This document shows positions 38,869 to 53,672 of a stretch of DNA of 64,000 bases, piece by piece. The position numbers were made by a program, and so were the translations under genes. The stretch covers positions 186,001 through 250,000 of the forward strand of contig NW_005434635.1 in assembly GCF_000315625.1 (NCBI RefSeq), read 5' to 3'. The notes below the pieces were generated by a model. It was given only the letters and a program-made list of their open reading frames with translations, made no database searches and was not told where the DNA came from. Position 1 is the stretch's first letter, and each line of letters opens with the position of its first letter. The DNA comes from Guillardia theta CCMP2712. Its lineage: Eukaryota; Protista; Cryptophyta.

Positions 38869-39756
38869 ATGGCTTTGAAAGCTTCCTTTCTCTTTCTTCT
38901 TTCTGCCTTCTTGGCGGTGTCAGTGAATCAATCCTTGGCATTCCACGTTCCCGTGACTGGGAGAGCAGCTCTTGCTCTGCAGACCCCATCCCTGCGCTCG
39001 AAGACTTGCGTGCATGGGGCAAGCTCCCTGCGTTGTGCGACATCGGCGCAACCTCTCAAAGACAACATCTTTTTGAACAGGATGGCTACCAGCATGGAAG
39101 TAATGATCTCTCGCGTTTTCCCCGCCGGAGCAGGATGGCAGTTGGCATCCATCATGGCGAGCAATGCTGGAGTGGCAACAAACTCGCTCCTTTTCTGCAG
39201 CCTCCTGGGCTTTGGCAACTTCTTTGGAGTGATCGTAGGACACATGCTGTGGGAGGGTCTGAAGAAGGTCGTGAGAGGAGACGTCGATCTTTCCCGGGAG
39301 TTTCAGGTCGCGTCCTTGCTCGGTGGAGCCGCGTTCTTCTCTGGCCTGTCATGGCAGGTGGCGATGAATATCTTCAAAGCTGTCGGGGTTGGGCTGTACC
39401 AGTCCTTCACTTCAGTCGGCATTGTGTGCACCATGGCCTTCTTTCTGGGAATGCGCCTCATGCGACAGAACCTGAGCCCCATCATGTCGGCTGTGGACAA
39501 GAACTCGTTCGTGAACGTCCGGTCGGACATCGGCCTTTCCATTGCTATCGGAGGAGCTACGGCTGGTCTTGTCTTCACTGACGCCTTCTTGGGCGCATCT
39601 CCTTTCCTCGCCTTCCTCGAAATGAAGACGGCTGTATCTCCCCTCGTCTCTGTGCTCTTCGGCGGTCTTGCTTCCTCCTTGGGTTTCCTCGCCACCACGG
39701 CAGTCCAGGCTCTGAACAAGAAGAAGTGCTGGTTGGACAGCAACTTCAAACCCTGA
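38869..39756 (+). CDS. Intronless multi-pass membrane protein with a bipartite plastid-targeting leader
   Basis: Signal peptide ending SLA-FHVP, then an S/R/A-rich transit peptide; about 6 Gly-rich TM helices (FPAGAGWQ, FFSGLSWQ, IAIGGATA). Confidence 0.8.
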   Translation: MALKASFLFLLSAFLAVSVNQSLAFHVPVTGRAALALQTPSLRSKTCVHGASSLRCATSAQPLKDNIFLNRMATSMEVMISRVFPAGAGWQLASIMASNAGVATNSLLFCSLLGFGNFFGVIVGHMLWEGLKKVVRGDVDLSREFQVASLLGGAAFFSGLSWQVAMNIFKAVGVGLYQSFTSVGIVCTMAFFLGMRLMRQNLSPIMSAVDKNSFVNVRSDIGLSIAIGGATAGLVFTDAFLGASPFLAFLEMKTAVSPLVSVLFGGLASSLGFLATTAVQALNKKKCWLDSNFKP

Positions 39757-39863
39757 GCAAATCGACGTTTCCCGTGAGGATGTGACATTTCTCTGTCAGT
39801 GTACAATATTCTTGACCGTCTTATCTTTTTGTGTGAGTTTTGAAATTAGTTCAAGTTTCGCTT

Positions 39864-42290
39864 CTACATAAACTTCACTTCAGATAATCGCTCTTGTGCA
39901 GCACATCCAAAGGTTTCCCGTTCTTCACCTTGCAAGATCACCATCAGCTTGTCACTGTAGTGCATCAATTTCACCTCCTCTGCCATTAGCACGATAAGGT
40001 GAGGAAGAAGCTTGTGATTGAGAGAGGTTGCTTTATTCGCCTTCGCCTTCAGCTGCTCGATCTCTGCACCTGAGAACAGCGGTCAAGATAAACAAGACCC
40101 GTCGATGGTGCGAGCACACGTGCTCCCTGCAGCTGCTTCTCTGCTGCTTTCAGCTGCAACGCAAGGTGAGAAGCTGCAGCGAACAAGGACGCGAGACCTC
40201 CTTCTTCAACTGGACGTTGGCGTTCTTCTTGCTCTCGTCGGCAAGCGAGAGCCGGAGATCTTGGTTCTCTGCCTCCAGCCGCACGCACCTGGAATGCAGT
40301 CAGCGCATTTCCTCTCTGCTCTCTGCGCCTTGATTGCCTGCGTTGCGCCGCCTCCTTCTCACTTCGCAAGCTCTCTGGGATCACGACATGAGCAGGCATC
40401 CCTTGCTCATGATGAACCCACCATGATCGTTGGCGCTCTGCTGCAGGCTCCTCCTCAGCTCCCGGATCTCCGTCTCCCGTCAGTCATAGAATGGGGGGAG
40501 CAGGAGATGAGATTCACTTGAGTCTCGAACGAACGGGAGATGTTCTTCTGCAGAAATAAGTGAGCAGCTCGTTTTCGCGGCTAGTCGGCGGCACACACTT
40601 TGTCTTGGACCAGCCGCTCGATCTCCCATGTAGCATCGTCTCGCTCAGCCTGAGCTTTCTTCACCTTGATTACATAGGAGCATGAGAACGAGCTATCGCT
40701 GTCCCCACACTGATACAACGCACCCATCACACCTCCGCCCCCCTCCCCGCCCCCCCTGGCTCCTTCCCACTCCGCCCCCGTCACCATCTGACGCAGTTCG
40801 TCAATTTCCTTCTGGCGTGTTTCGACGCTGAGGTCACATTGCACTGACGCGTCAGCCTTGCAGACTTCTTCCATGGACGTCAGCAGCGGTAGCAGATAAG
40901 TCGCCTTGCCTTTGGCTTTTTTCACGCTGTCTAGAGTTGCCTTGACGACGTCTTTCCTCTCTCTTGGCGATGGAATGCTGTTGTTGATCTCCTGCACTAT
41001 CTGCATTGCCTGCCCCTTGCCATCAGCCTAGGACACCGAACTCTCGCATGCACCTCAAGCATCATGCATCGACTCTCTGCAGACTCGAGTTGAGCGAGGA
41101 GCTTGGAATCTGCATCTGCAAACTTGGAAGCCTGGTGGGGGGGCAAGCTTGAGGGCAGCAAGAGACAACAGACATCAGGGCACCGCCAACCGCAGGGCTT
41201 CGTTCTCAACCAGAAGTCCGTCGATTCTCTCTCTTTCACGGCAGCGTTCAGAGCGAGGATGAGGGAAAAACTGAAAGGCGATCATGTCAAATACTCACTG
41301 CTGATCTCGTGAGGTCTGCTCTAAAACTTGATATCTTCCCTCCATCTCTTTCTGCCTTTTCACACACCGAGTCATTTCGCACCACCTCCCGGGCAATTTT
41401 CAGCAACCACCTGCCGTGGCTCTCGACAAGGATCCTTGTGCATTCCTGCTGGAGCTCATCGAACTGATCCAAAAACTTGTTCTTTATCTCTTTCCCTGCC
41501 TCCTGGGCTTTCCTCAGGTCCTCTGACACTTGAACGACGGAATTTTCCGCGTCATGCAAAGCTGCTCTCAGCCTGAGAATCTCTTCCTGCAGCCCACGTG
41601 CTTCCGCAGTTGTGTCCTTGAGCCTCGTCCTCTCCGCATCCTGAAGTCTGGAACGATCTATCATCATCATGTTGCCCAAAGTGACACGTAGGACAACCGG
41701 GATGCAAGCCTCGATGCCTCCTCCTCTGCCGCCTGCTTTGCCTGCCGGGCAAGCAGGCAAGCTTGCAATGCAGAGTCTTTCATCTTCTCTTCTCTCTTGA
41801 GCTTCTCGACCAATTGAGCATTCTCCACTTTCAGTTCCTGTCAATCACGTTGCTGATCAGTCAAGGGCAGAAGAATCACAATCGAGCACGTTGAGCTCGC
41901 TGCTCCGTGTCACGTGGACTCCAGGTGGGCCACTCCTCCATGGCGTGATCCTCCTGGAGAAGCTAGATGAGTCCAGCTCCGTCTCAGCCATCCCCTGCGT
42001 CCTCTTCGAGCTTCAGTTCGCAACCTTCATGACCGTCATCGTCTGCGATCTGTACGACCACGGTTTGAAATTTCAGCAACCTTTCCGCAACAACGAAAGT
42101 TTCACTCGGTGGCACCGAGCAGGCGGCTCGAAGGCCGAGCCGCAAGAGGAGGAGAAACTTAGGTAGGAAGCCTCGGATGCCCGGGAGGAGGGGGACTGAG
42201 GGGACAGTGGTGGCGGAGGAGGCAGGAGGTTGACGTCGCTCAGCTTCTGGGGCTGCTGCTCTGACCGCTGCAAGCTTTTCAAAGTTGAAA
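39864..42290 (-). CDS. Multi-exon coiled-coil hypothetical protein
   Basis: E/K/Q/L heptad-rich exons (LQEEILRLRAALHDAENSVVQVSEDLRK; KAQAERDDATWEIERLVQDK); start uncertain. Confidence 0.6.
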
Positions 42291-43232
42291 AGTTCCAACC
42301 CCGGGCCGGAGTGAACGCAGTGCGTGAGGGGCCTCCCGGAGTCCGACCCGGTCAGACTCAGCCGCGGTTGCCGCAGTGGCGCAGTGCACGTGCCCGGCGG
42401 GCCCGGCTGACTCATTGAACTAGCCGGCGGCCGGTCCCAGCGGCCCTCACGGCGGCGTTCAACGGTTCACGGTGTCGGACACACTCATCAGCGACCGTCT
42501 TGTCACGGAGAGTCAATTGTACTTCTTTACTCAAAGGTAAGTTAAAATTCAGTACGAGAACAATCGAGAACAATCAGTGTACAATTTGTACCGTACCGTG
42601 ATCCGATCGTTGACAGTACGGTGGTCAAAGTTCAAAAGTTAGGTTCAAAATCAGCACCGTAGGAAAATCAGGAGAGTCACCAGACAGCGAGAACCAAGGG
42701 CCTTATAATGCCGACTGCTGTCCCCCAAACTTAACTGATACCTTCACTTAACAACTGAGCGGCAGCGCATATCAACTGCCACTAAAAACCAACAACGGTC
42801 ACTCAGGCAGAGACCGAACCAAACCAGCGGCTCAAGTTCATTTTACTACACTGTGATATGGAAACCTGCCCACTGACTTTCTGAGGCCTGGAACGAACTC
42901 TTTTTTTACTGCACACATGTCTGAGGCTCTCAAGGGGTGGGAGGGGGGCGAGGGAGGGGTGGGCGGGGTGACCAGTAATTTTTTTGCTTGACCCCTGATT
43001 CTGAGAGGGCACTGTACTTCTCTCCCGCCCGGTCAACTTCAAAAAAGAAACTGAAGATGACCCCCCCTTCCTCCTCACTCCCTCCCCCTCCCTCCCCATC
43101 CCGCCCCCCTTTAATATAAAATTCTCAGGAAAAAATCAATTTTTATTGCATTTGGCTAAAATAATAAGTCATGTCCAAACCTCGAGCTCCCTTTATGTGT
43201 GCTCCGGGAACTCCAATGACCATCACCCGGCC

Positions 43233-43790
43233 ATGTTGGCATGCGTTAAATGCTGCTCGTGCGAGGACGACTGCCTGGTCTGCTCCATGAACTCCGTTCA
43301 CGCTGCTCCCGTCCCTCCCTCCCCTCCCCGTCGCCCCAAGAAGTCTGACAAGTGGACCCAAGACAGGAAGCAGCGCCACAAGCTCTCCTGCAGGAACAAG
43401 AGCAGGCTCAGCCTCCAGGACAAGATGGACATCGTGTCGCTCTTCTACAGTCCGATGCCGCCGTCATCGTCGACGACGCAGGTGGTCACGCAGAGCTCCA
43501 TCGCCAAGATGTACGGGAAGAGCCGCTCCGCCATCTGCAAGGTCCTCAAGTCGAAGCAGGTAGAGGCCTTGCTCCAAAAGGTGTTAACGGCCGGTGACAC
43601 GGGAAGAGAGCGGTGGGCGGGGACCCAGGCCTTGCGGGAGGCGAAGATGCCGAGCATAAAGAGAGAGGGAGGGGAGGAGGAGTCTTCTGCGGACGCGAAG
43701 GAGCTTTGTGGAAGCGGGCGGGTCGTCGGAGGGGGGGGGAGGGTACTGGGCTGTATGGGGGGTAAACTATGTGACGAGCACAGATGCTGA
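43233..43790 (+). CDS. CENP-B/Psq-type HTH DNA-binding protein (copy 1)
   Basis: RLSLQDKMDIVSLFY...TQSSIAKMYGKSRSAICKVLK matches the CENP-B N-terminal HTH pattern; Cys-rich N-terminus. Confidence 0.7.
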   Translation: MLACVKCCSCEDDCLVCSMNSVHAAPVPPSPPRRPKKSDKWTQDRKQRHKLSCRNKSRLSLQDKMDIVSLFYSPMPPSSSTTQVVTQSSIAKMYGKSRSAICKVLKSKQVEALLQKVLTAGDTGRERWAGTQALREAKMPSIKREGGEEESSADAKELCGSGRVVGGGGRVLGCMGGKLCDEHRC

Positions 43791-44708
43791 ATGTGAGCAC
43801 CAAGGAAAGAGGATGAGGGAGAGGAGGGAGGCAGAGCGGGTAGACTCTAAGTCTGTAGATCTAATCATATGTTTGTAATGAAAAGTTATAGTTGCGAAGA
43901 GTACAAGAATGTATCTGAGGAGCCAGTTATTCGCATCTGAATGGACAAGAACCTTGATCAAATCGAGAAGCTTTTGAGATCCTCTGCTTTCAAATATTTT
44001 TGTATTATTTGACATATGAATCGTTATCTTGAATTTGCAGTCCTGATCCCGTCTCAGTAATGTCGTCATATGTGCACATTTGCATGTTCCTCGTGTTGAG
44101 CTTGTAAAACGCTGGGATAAATGCAATGAGAGCACTGGTTTAAGAGACTAAATGACAAATCTGGTAAAGGCGTCTTATAACTCCCAAAAATTGTCAAGCC
44201 TCCATGGCGTGTCCTCTTGCTTTTGACAATGCGAATGCGTCAATTCATACAATTCAGGTGTGATCTTGTAATGAAGCAAAGGGGGACGAGGACGTCCAAT
44301 ATCAACCTTGGACAACTTGATCTGTCAATCAATATCCATGATTTGCTCAACTACTTTGAACATGCAACTTTCAAGAATTTACAGAGGTAAAGTGAAAAAA
44401 GGACTTCTTGCTCATGTTGCTCAGAGATCCAAGCCCTGATCCTTGGATCCTGGAGCAAAGCTGTTCACGAAAGATCCATGGTAATGCATACCCGATACTT
44501 CAAAAGTGGTCTGCATGAAGCAGGGCAAGTGCAAATGAACCGATCCTGCTATGCTTTGAAAAACTCTCCTCGATTCCAACATCCCTGAGACTCGAGATAC
44601 ACATAGTCCTCCCCGTTTGATCAAGTCATGCTTGCTCTGATAGCTTCCTGACAGATTCAGTTTCTTGCCTGGGAACTTAAATCTCGTCCAATATCCTACA
44701 TTCGTCCT

Positions 44709-45014
44709 CTAGTGAATTGATTGTAACTTGAGGACCTTGCAGATGGCGGAGCGGCTCTTCCCGTACATCTTGGCGATGGAGCTCTGCGTGACCACCTGCG
44801 TCGTCGACGATGACGGCGGCATCGGACTGTAGAAGAGCGACACGATGTCCATCTTGTCCTGGAGGCTGAGCCTGCTCTTGTTCCTGCAGGAGAGCTTGTG
44901 GCGCTGCTTCCTGTCTTGGGTCCACTTGTCAGACTTCTTGGGGAGACGGGGTGGCGGGGGGTGGTGGTGGTGGGGGGGACTGTGATCACGGATTCTTGCC
45001 TGTAGTAAACACAT
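44709..45014 (-). CDS. HTH copy 2, 3'-truncated and inverted
   Basis: 44726-44951 is the near-exact reverse complement of 43326-43551. Confidence 0.6.
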   Translation of the reverse strand: MCLLQARIRDHSPPHHHHPPPPRLPKKSDKWTQDRKQRHKLSCRNKSRLSLQDKMDIVSLFYSPMPPSSSTTQVVTQSSIAKMYGKSRSAICKVLKLQSIH

Positions 45015-45952
45015 CTATAAAACGAGACTTTTAAAAGGTAAAACAACACTCACTGCGGCCTCTCAAGTATGGTACTCGTACTGATTTTTAGCTTAACTTT
45101 GAGTAAAGAAGGGGGGCATTGAGGTTATATGGATACTCTCTGGACTGAGTAATGCCGGGCCGGGTCGTGGCACCGTCTGACTCAGGTCACGGGGGAAGCC
45201 TTGAACGGTTGCCAACCGTAACTTCAGTGAAGCCAGTGGCCGGGTGGCCGCCACGGGCCCGGGCCGCGCCGCGCGCCCTGCAGGCCGGCCCGGGCCTGCT
45301 CACCGTCGTTCAACGGCGTGACGGTTGGGGTAGTAATAAAAACAAAGCATACGATAAAGGTTGAACTTCGAATTATAAATGAACTGTTTCAAATCCAGTA
45401 ATAGGTAGATACTACCAAAAATCTTATCTTCCGAAAAATAACATCACTGTCACAGAGTCATGCTTTTCAGAAGGATCTACAATCATGATCGTGTTTGTAG
45501 ATTTAAATATCAGTGCTGTTTGATATCTCTTCTCCTGTTCTCACCGGAGTCGGCGAAGGGGCTTCTTGATCTCTGCCCAGCTCTCAAGATGCTCGGAGCC
45601 TCGGAGCCCTCAACGATCAATCCCTTCACTATCGTTTGCCTTCCTCTTCAGCATACCGTCTCTATCCTCCCTACAAATTGCACTGCATTGAATTTGCACC
45701 TTTTTTTGTGACTCACAGAGTCTAGGCAAGCACGCCCCGTCGTACCTAGACTGCTGGTCAAGCGCGAGCATCCACATGTCTCGAATCCATGTCAACGTTT
45801 TCAGATCGGACTCACACCCTCCCTGGCCGACAGCAGTCACTGACCCTGTCGTGCTCGCTGTATTCTAGTAAACCCAGCAGTGATTGCTGGTTTGTTGTGT
45901 GTACAACACAACTTCAACTTTTCATTACAAACATACGATTAGACATATAGAC

Positions 45953-46325
45953 TTAGAGCTTACCTGCTCTGCCTCCCTCCTCCACCTGCGTCGTCTTCGT
46001 CATCGACGGCGGCATCGGACTGTAGAAGAGCGACACGATGTCCATCTTGTCCTGGAGGCTGAGCCTGCTCTTGTTCCTGCAGGAGAGCTTGTGGCGCTGC
46101 TTCCTGTCTTGGGTCCACTTCTTGTCAGACTTCTTGGGGCGACGGGGAGGGGAGGGAAGGACGGGAGTCACTGGGTGAACGGATGTGAGCTGCTCTTCCC
46201 GTACATCCGGGCCAAGTTGGCAATGGAGCACTCTGCGTGACTCTTCACCACCTTCGTCGACGACGGAGCGACACGATGTCCATCTTTGTCCTGGAGGCTG
46301 AGCCTGCCGCTCTTGTTCCTACAGG
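45953..46325 (-). pseudogene. HTH copy 3 (recognition helix deleted) preceded by a scrambled copy 4 fragment
   Basis: KKWTQDRKQRH...SPMPPSMTKTTQV joins directly to the copy-1-like 3' flank; 46190-46325 holds degenerate HTH coding sequence. Confidence 0.65.
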
Positions 46326-47247
46326 ACGCTCATCTGACGGCGCTGCCGTTCACGGTGGCAGTTCCAGCTCAACGGTTCAAGTCCGGCGCCCGGCGCAGCG
46401 TGACCGTCCTGGTGTGACTGCTGCTGTGTCGCATTGGCCTGCCCGGTTACCGGCGCCGATGCCATGGATCGAGATCAAGCTTGTTTGAAGAGATTCATTC
46501 TTTGCACTCTAAGACCCGTCATCGTCACGAGCGTGCTGCTCTCAAAAGCTCCGGACCAGAACAGTTCGTCATCAGGAGGTCTATTGCTGCGTGAATTTGA
46601 TCAGTGCGTGAACTTGATGTATACTACTGTAAGAAGATGATATCATTCAGCATATCAGAGCCATTGCCCTCATTGAGTACACGACAGGGAAGCTTTCAAC
46701 ATCGCAACGCGTCATGTTGTCAGTCAGAGGGAGAGACCAAGGTACACGACAAGCAGGTCGGACGAGGATGTAAAGCGGTGTGACGTGATATGTACTGTGC
46801 TCACAGGTACACATCTTTACTCAAAGTTAAGAAAAGATCTGTACCAGTACTGTACGTACCACTGTACTGGGATCGTAATATGATGACAAAAGATTTTTGC
46901 TGTACCCTTCCTAGGACTTCCTAGGACCTCCCTCACACCATTTCCGCCGAGTGGAGACGGGGATGGCGACTGTTAGAGGCAGAGGATGGGGGGAGGACAC
47001 AAGGACAGAGGGCAGGGGAGAGGAACTGCATGGAGGAAGTAAAATGAGTGAGTTTTGGAGGGAGATGGTGATTTTCATTGGACGGGATCAGACTTAGTTG
47101 GAGCGAATGCCTTGTGAGATGTTTTTCATCCTCCTAGACAGACATGCATGTCTTGACAAGAAGGAAACAACTTCAACGACATGCACCAGCCATCTGCTAC
47201 AAGGGGGATAACCATATCATTGCAGGATTAACAAAGGGAGTATCTGC

Positions 47248-49072
47248 ATGGATAACTCCAATCGCGTCGGGTCCACTCAAGATCCCATAGCCGCTGGTGA
47301 CTGCAACCATTGTTGCGTTGGGTTCTTCTGTTCTGACAATTTTTCAGGCCATGGTTCAACTAATAACAGATTGTCTGGTGGGTATGATGAAGCGAACTAC
47401 ATGTGAGTAGATGTTTGGCTCTTCCAAATGGGCTGATGTTATTGGGTTCCATAGGCAAATCAGCCGTCTCGAACAGTTCAGTACTGTAGAGGTATTTGAA
47501 GGTGTTTAAGTCTGCTGTGTTGTTCACATGTTCTTGATAGATGGGGCCACACGACTCGAGCAATTCCTGGCATGGTTTAGCCTTTGATCAATTACAAGGG
47601 GCTTCTTCCCTTCCAGCCAGTGCTCGAAGTCTGACTGAAGGTCATGCCCCTTTTCTGTCAGCAATCCGTGACATGGATGTGTTTGCTCAGGGTCTGATGC
47701 CGCAGAAAAGGTGGATTCCCTGACCAGGCTCAACAAGGCTTGCGATCGTTGCAGGAAATCGAAGCTCAAGTGTGATTGGTCAAAGCCTTGTGCCCGCTGC
47801 GTGGAAGACGGTGTCCCGGAGCTCTGCCAGTTGACTGCACGCAAGAGCAGAAAAGTCTCAGACAGGCTCTGCACGAGCACGGCATGCGAGCCTTGCAGGA
47901 TAGCCAAGGCTCGATGCGATGCAAATCGTCCTTGCTCCAGGTGCTGCAAGCTCGGTAAGCAGCCCCAGTGTGTCGACCACTTGGTGGCTGTCGCAGACCG
48001 TCCGCTACCCTTCAGGAACGGCAAGCTGATCTTCGGAGACGAGCTGGACAACACCTTTCATGTTGACTTCGGGAGGTTAGGCTGGGCGTATGGGCCCATC
48101 CGAAGGTGCTGGGAGTGGGGACATGACCCTGTAGCGATCCTGAGGATCTTCGAAGACCTTCCGCTTTACTTCCAGAACATTCTCCGTGTCGGGCTGACTG
48201 CCATCGAGATCGTTCAGAGGCACATGCAGAGCAAGCGCAATACTGCCGACCGGCTCCTTGCGACCAACGAGGCTCAGGCAAGGCCGATCCCCAGCGGATT
48301 CGAAGGTTTCGAGGATTACCAAGATCAGATGTGGGACCTCAACGAGGACGTTGGGTACCTGAAGCTCAAGTGGCGCAAGGTGCAGGAAGAGAGGGCAAGC
48401 TTGCAGATCAACAACTCGGTCTCTCGCATCTTTGGGACGCACAAGGAGGAAGTCCTCGCGCGTCTTGCCCGCCATGAGCTGCCGCTGTTGACCAGCGAGT
48501 TCGAGTGGCTGTGCCGGGTCATGGACCTGATCTTCTTCTCCATCTCCCCTAACTCGGGCAAGCCCATGATCCGCTTCGAACGGATTCACCACGTGGTTGG
48601 CAAAGAGTTCAAGTCTGCTCTGGCTTGTATCACCAACACGTGGGATCACGACTGGTCGGGCAACGTGCGAGCAGCGGCTTTCTGTCTGCGGCGGGTGCGT
48701 CCTCCTGCTCCCCCCCCGCCTCCCCCTGCAGCTAACACGATTCTGTGCAGGTCTCGATCGATGAATTTGATGCCCTCAGGAGCACCAACGCGTGCATGCG
48801 CCCTGTTACTCAGCACTGCCTAGGGGACATGTCGGCCCACCAGATGCTGGACACTTACCAAATGGACGTGGAGGTAGAGAGAGGAGAGGACGAGGGAGGA
48901 GAGGAGCTGACAATGAGCATGGCAGAAGCTCAAGATTTCGAACATGAAGCAGACGGAGCAGGGAAGGGAGATTTTGTGGAAGCTCGCAGACCTCTCGCAG
49001 ACGCAACTTGCACCGGTAGTGGCGTATGCGGAGCAGCTGAAGAGGGCGAATGGGAGCTACGATGTTTTCTGA
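47248..49072 (+). CDS. Transcription factor with two tandem Zn(II)2Cys6 clusters; start approximate
   Basis: ACDRCRKSKLKCDWSKPCARC...C and ACEPCRIAKARCDANRPCSRC...C. Confidence 0.88.
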
Positions 49073-49281
49073 CGACAGTTGTGCTGATCCTCCACATAGT
49101 CTCTTTGACCATGGATGTCTTTTAAACCCCCTCCCTCTTACCCTTCGGGTAACGCATTAAGCTCCTCTACCTCCCTTGGTCCTACTTTGCTGCTATCAAT
49201 TTCATATGAATGCCGATAAAATTTGTTCGAGTCAAGAGCCGGTGAGGCATCAGGGCCATCCGGCGAAGGGAGGATGACGTG

Positions 49282-53150
<3,869 letters not shown>

Positions 53151-53672
53151 GTTGTTATCCGCACAATCCTCTTTTTTTTCACTTTTACAAGGAAAAACAT
53201 ATAGGGGTCATTATGACCATCCCCAATGGTCCAAGAAGGGGTGGGTGGCAGTCGAGCTAAACGTTCTGAGGCGAACTCTCTGGTTCGGATCGCTTCCCTT
53301 GTCTGCTCCGCCCTCCCTCTTCCAACCCCCCCCACTTCCTCTTCGTCCTCTCCTCCTCCTCCTACCTCTCCTCCACGTGCCTCTCCTCCTAATCTACCTC
53401 CTCCCCCTCCTCTTCTTCTCCTGCCTCTCTTTCTCCTATGTCTCTTCCTCCTATCTCTCCTCCCATTATTCCTTCCTCTCATCCACTACTTGTATAGCGG
53501 CTTCCTTCCCTTCTGTTGCCTCCTCTCCTTTCTTTCTCCCTCTCATATCCTCCTGTCCATCCTCCCCTTCTCTCTCCATCATTCTCTCCGTGGTCTCACC
53601 ATATGTTATGCCACAGTCTATCCTGCCTTGAAAGCGCAAGGCTCAATGCTTGAGTTCATCTAGTGCGGTCGC

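Noticed and set aside
42522-45111. Autonomous pogo/Tigger transposon
   Set aside because: No DDE domain and no TA target-site duplication on both sides
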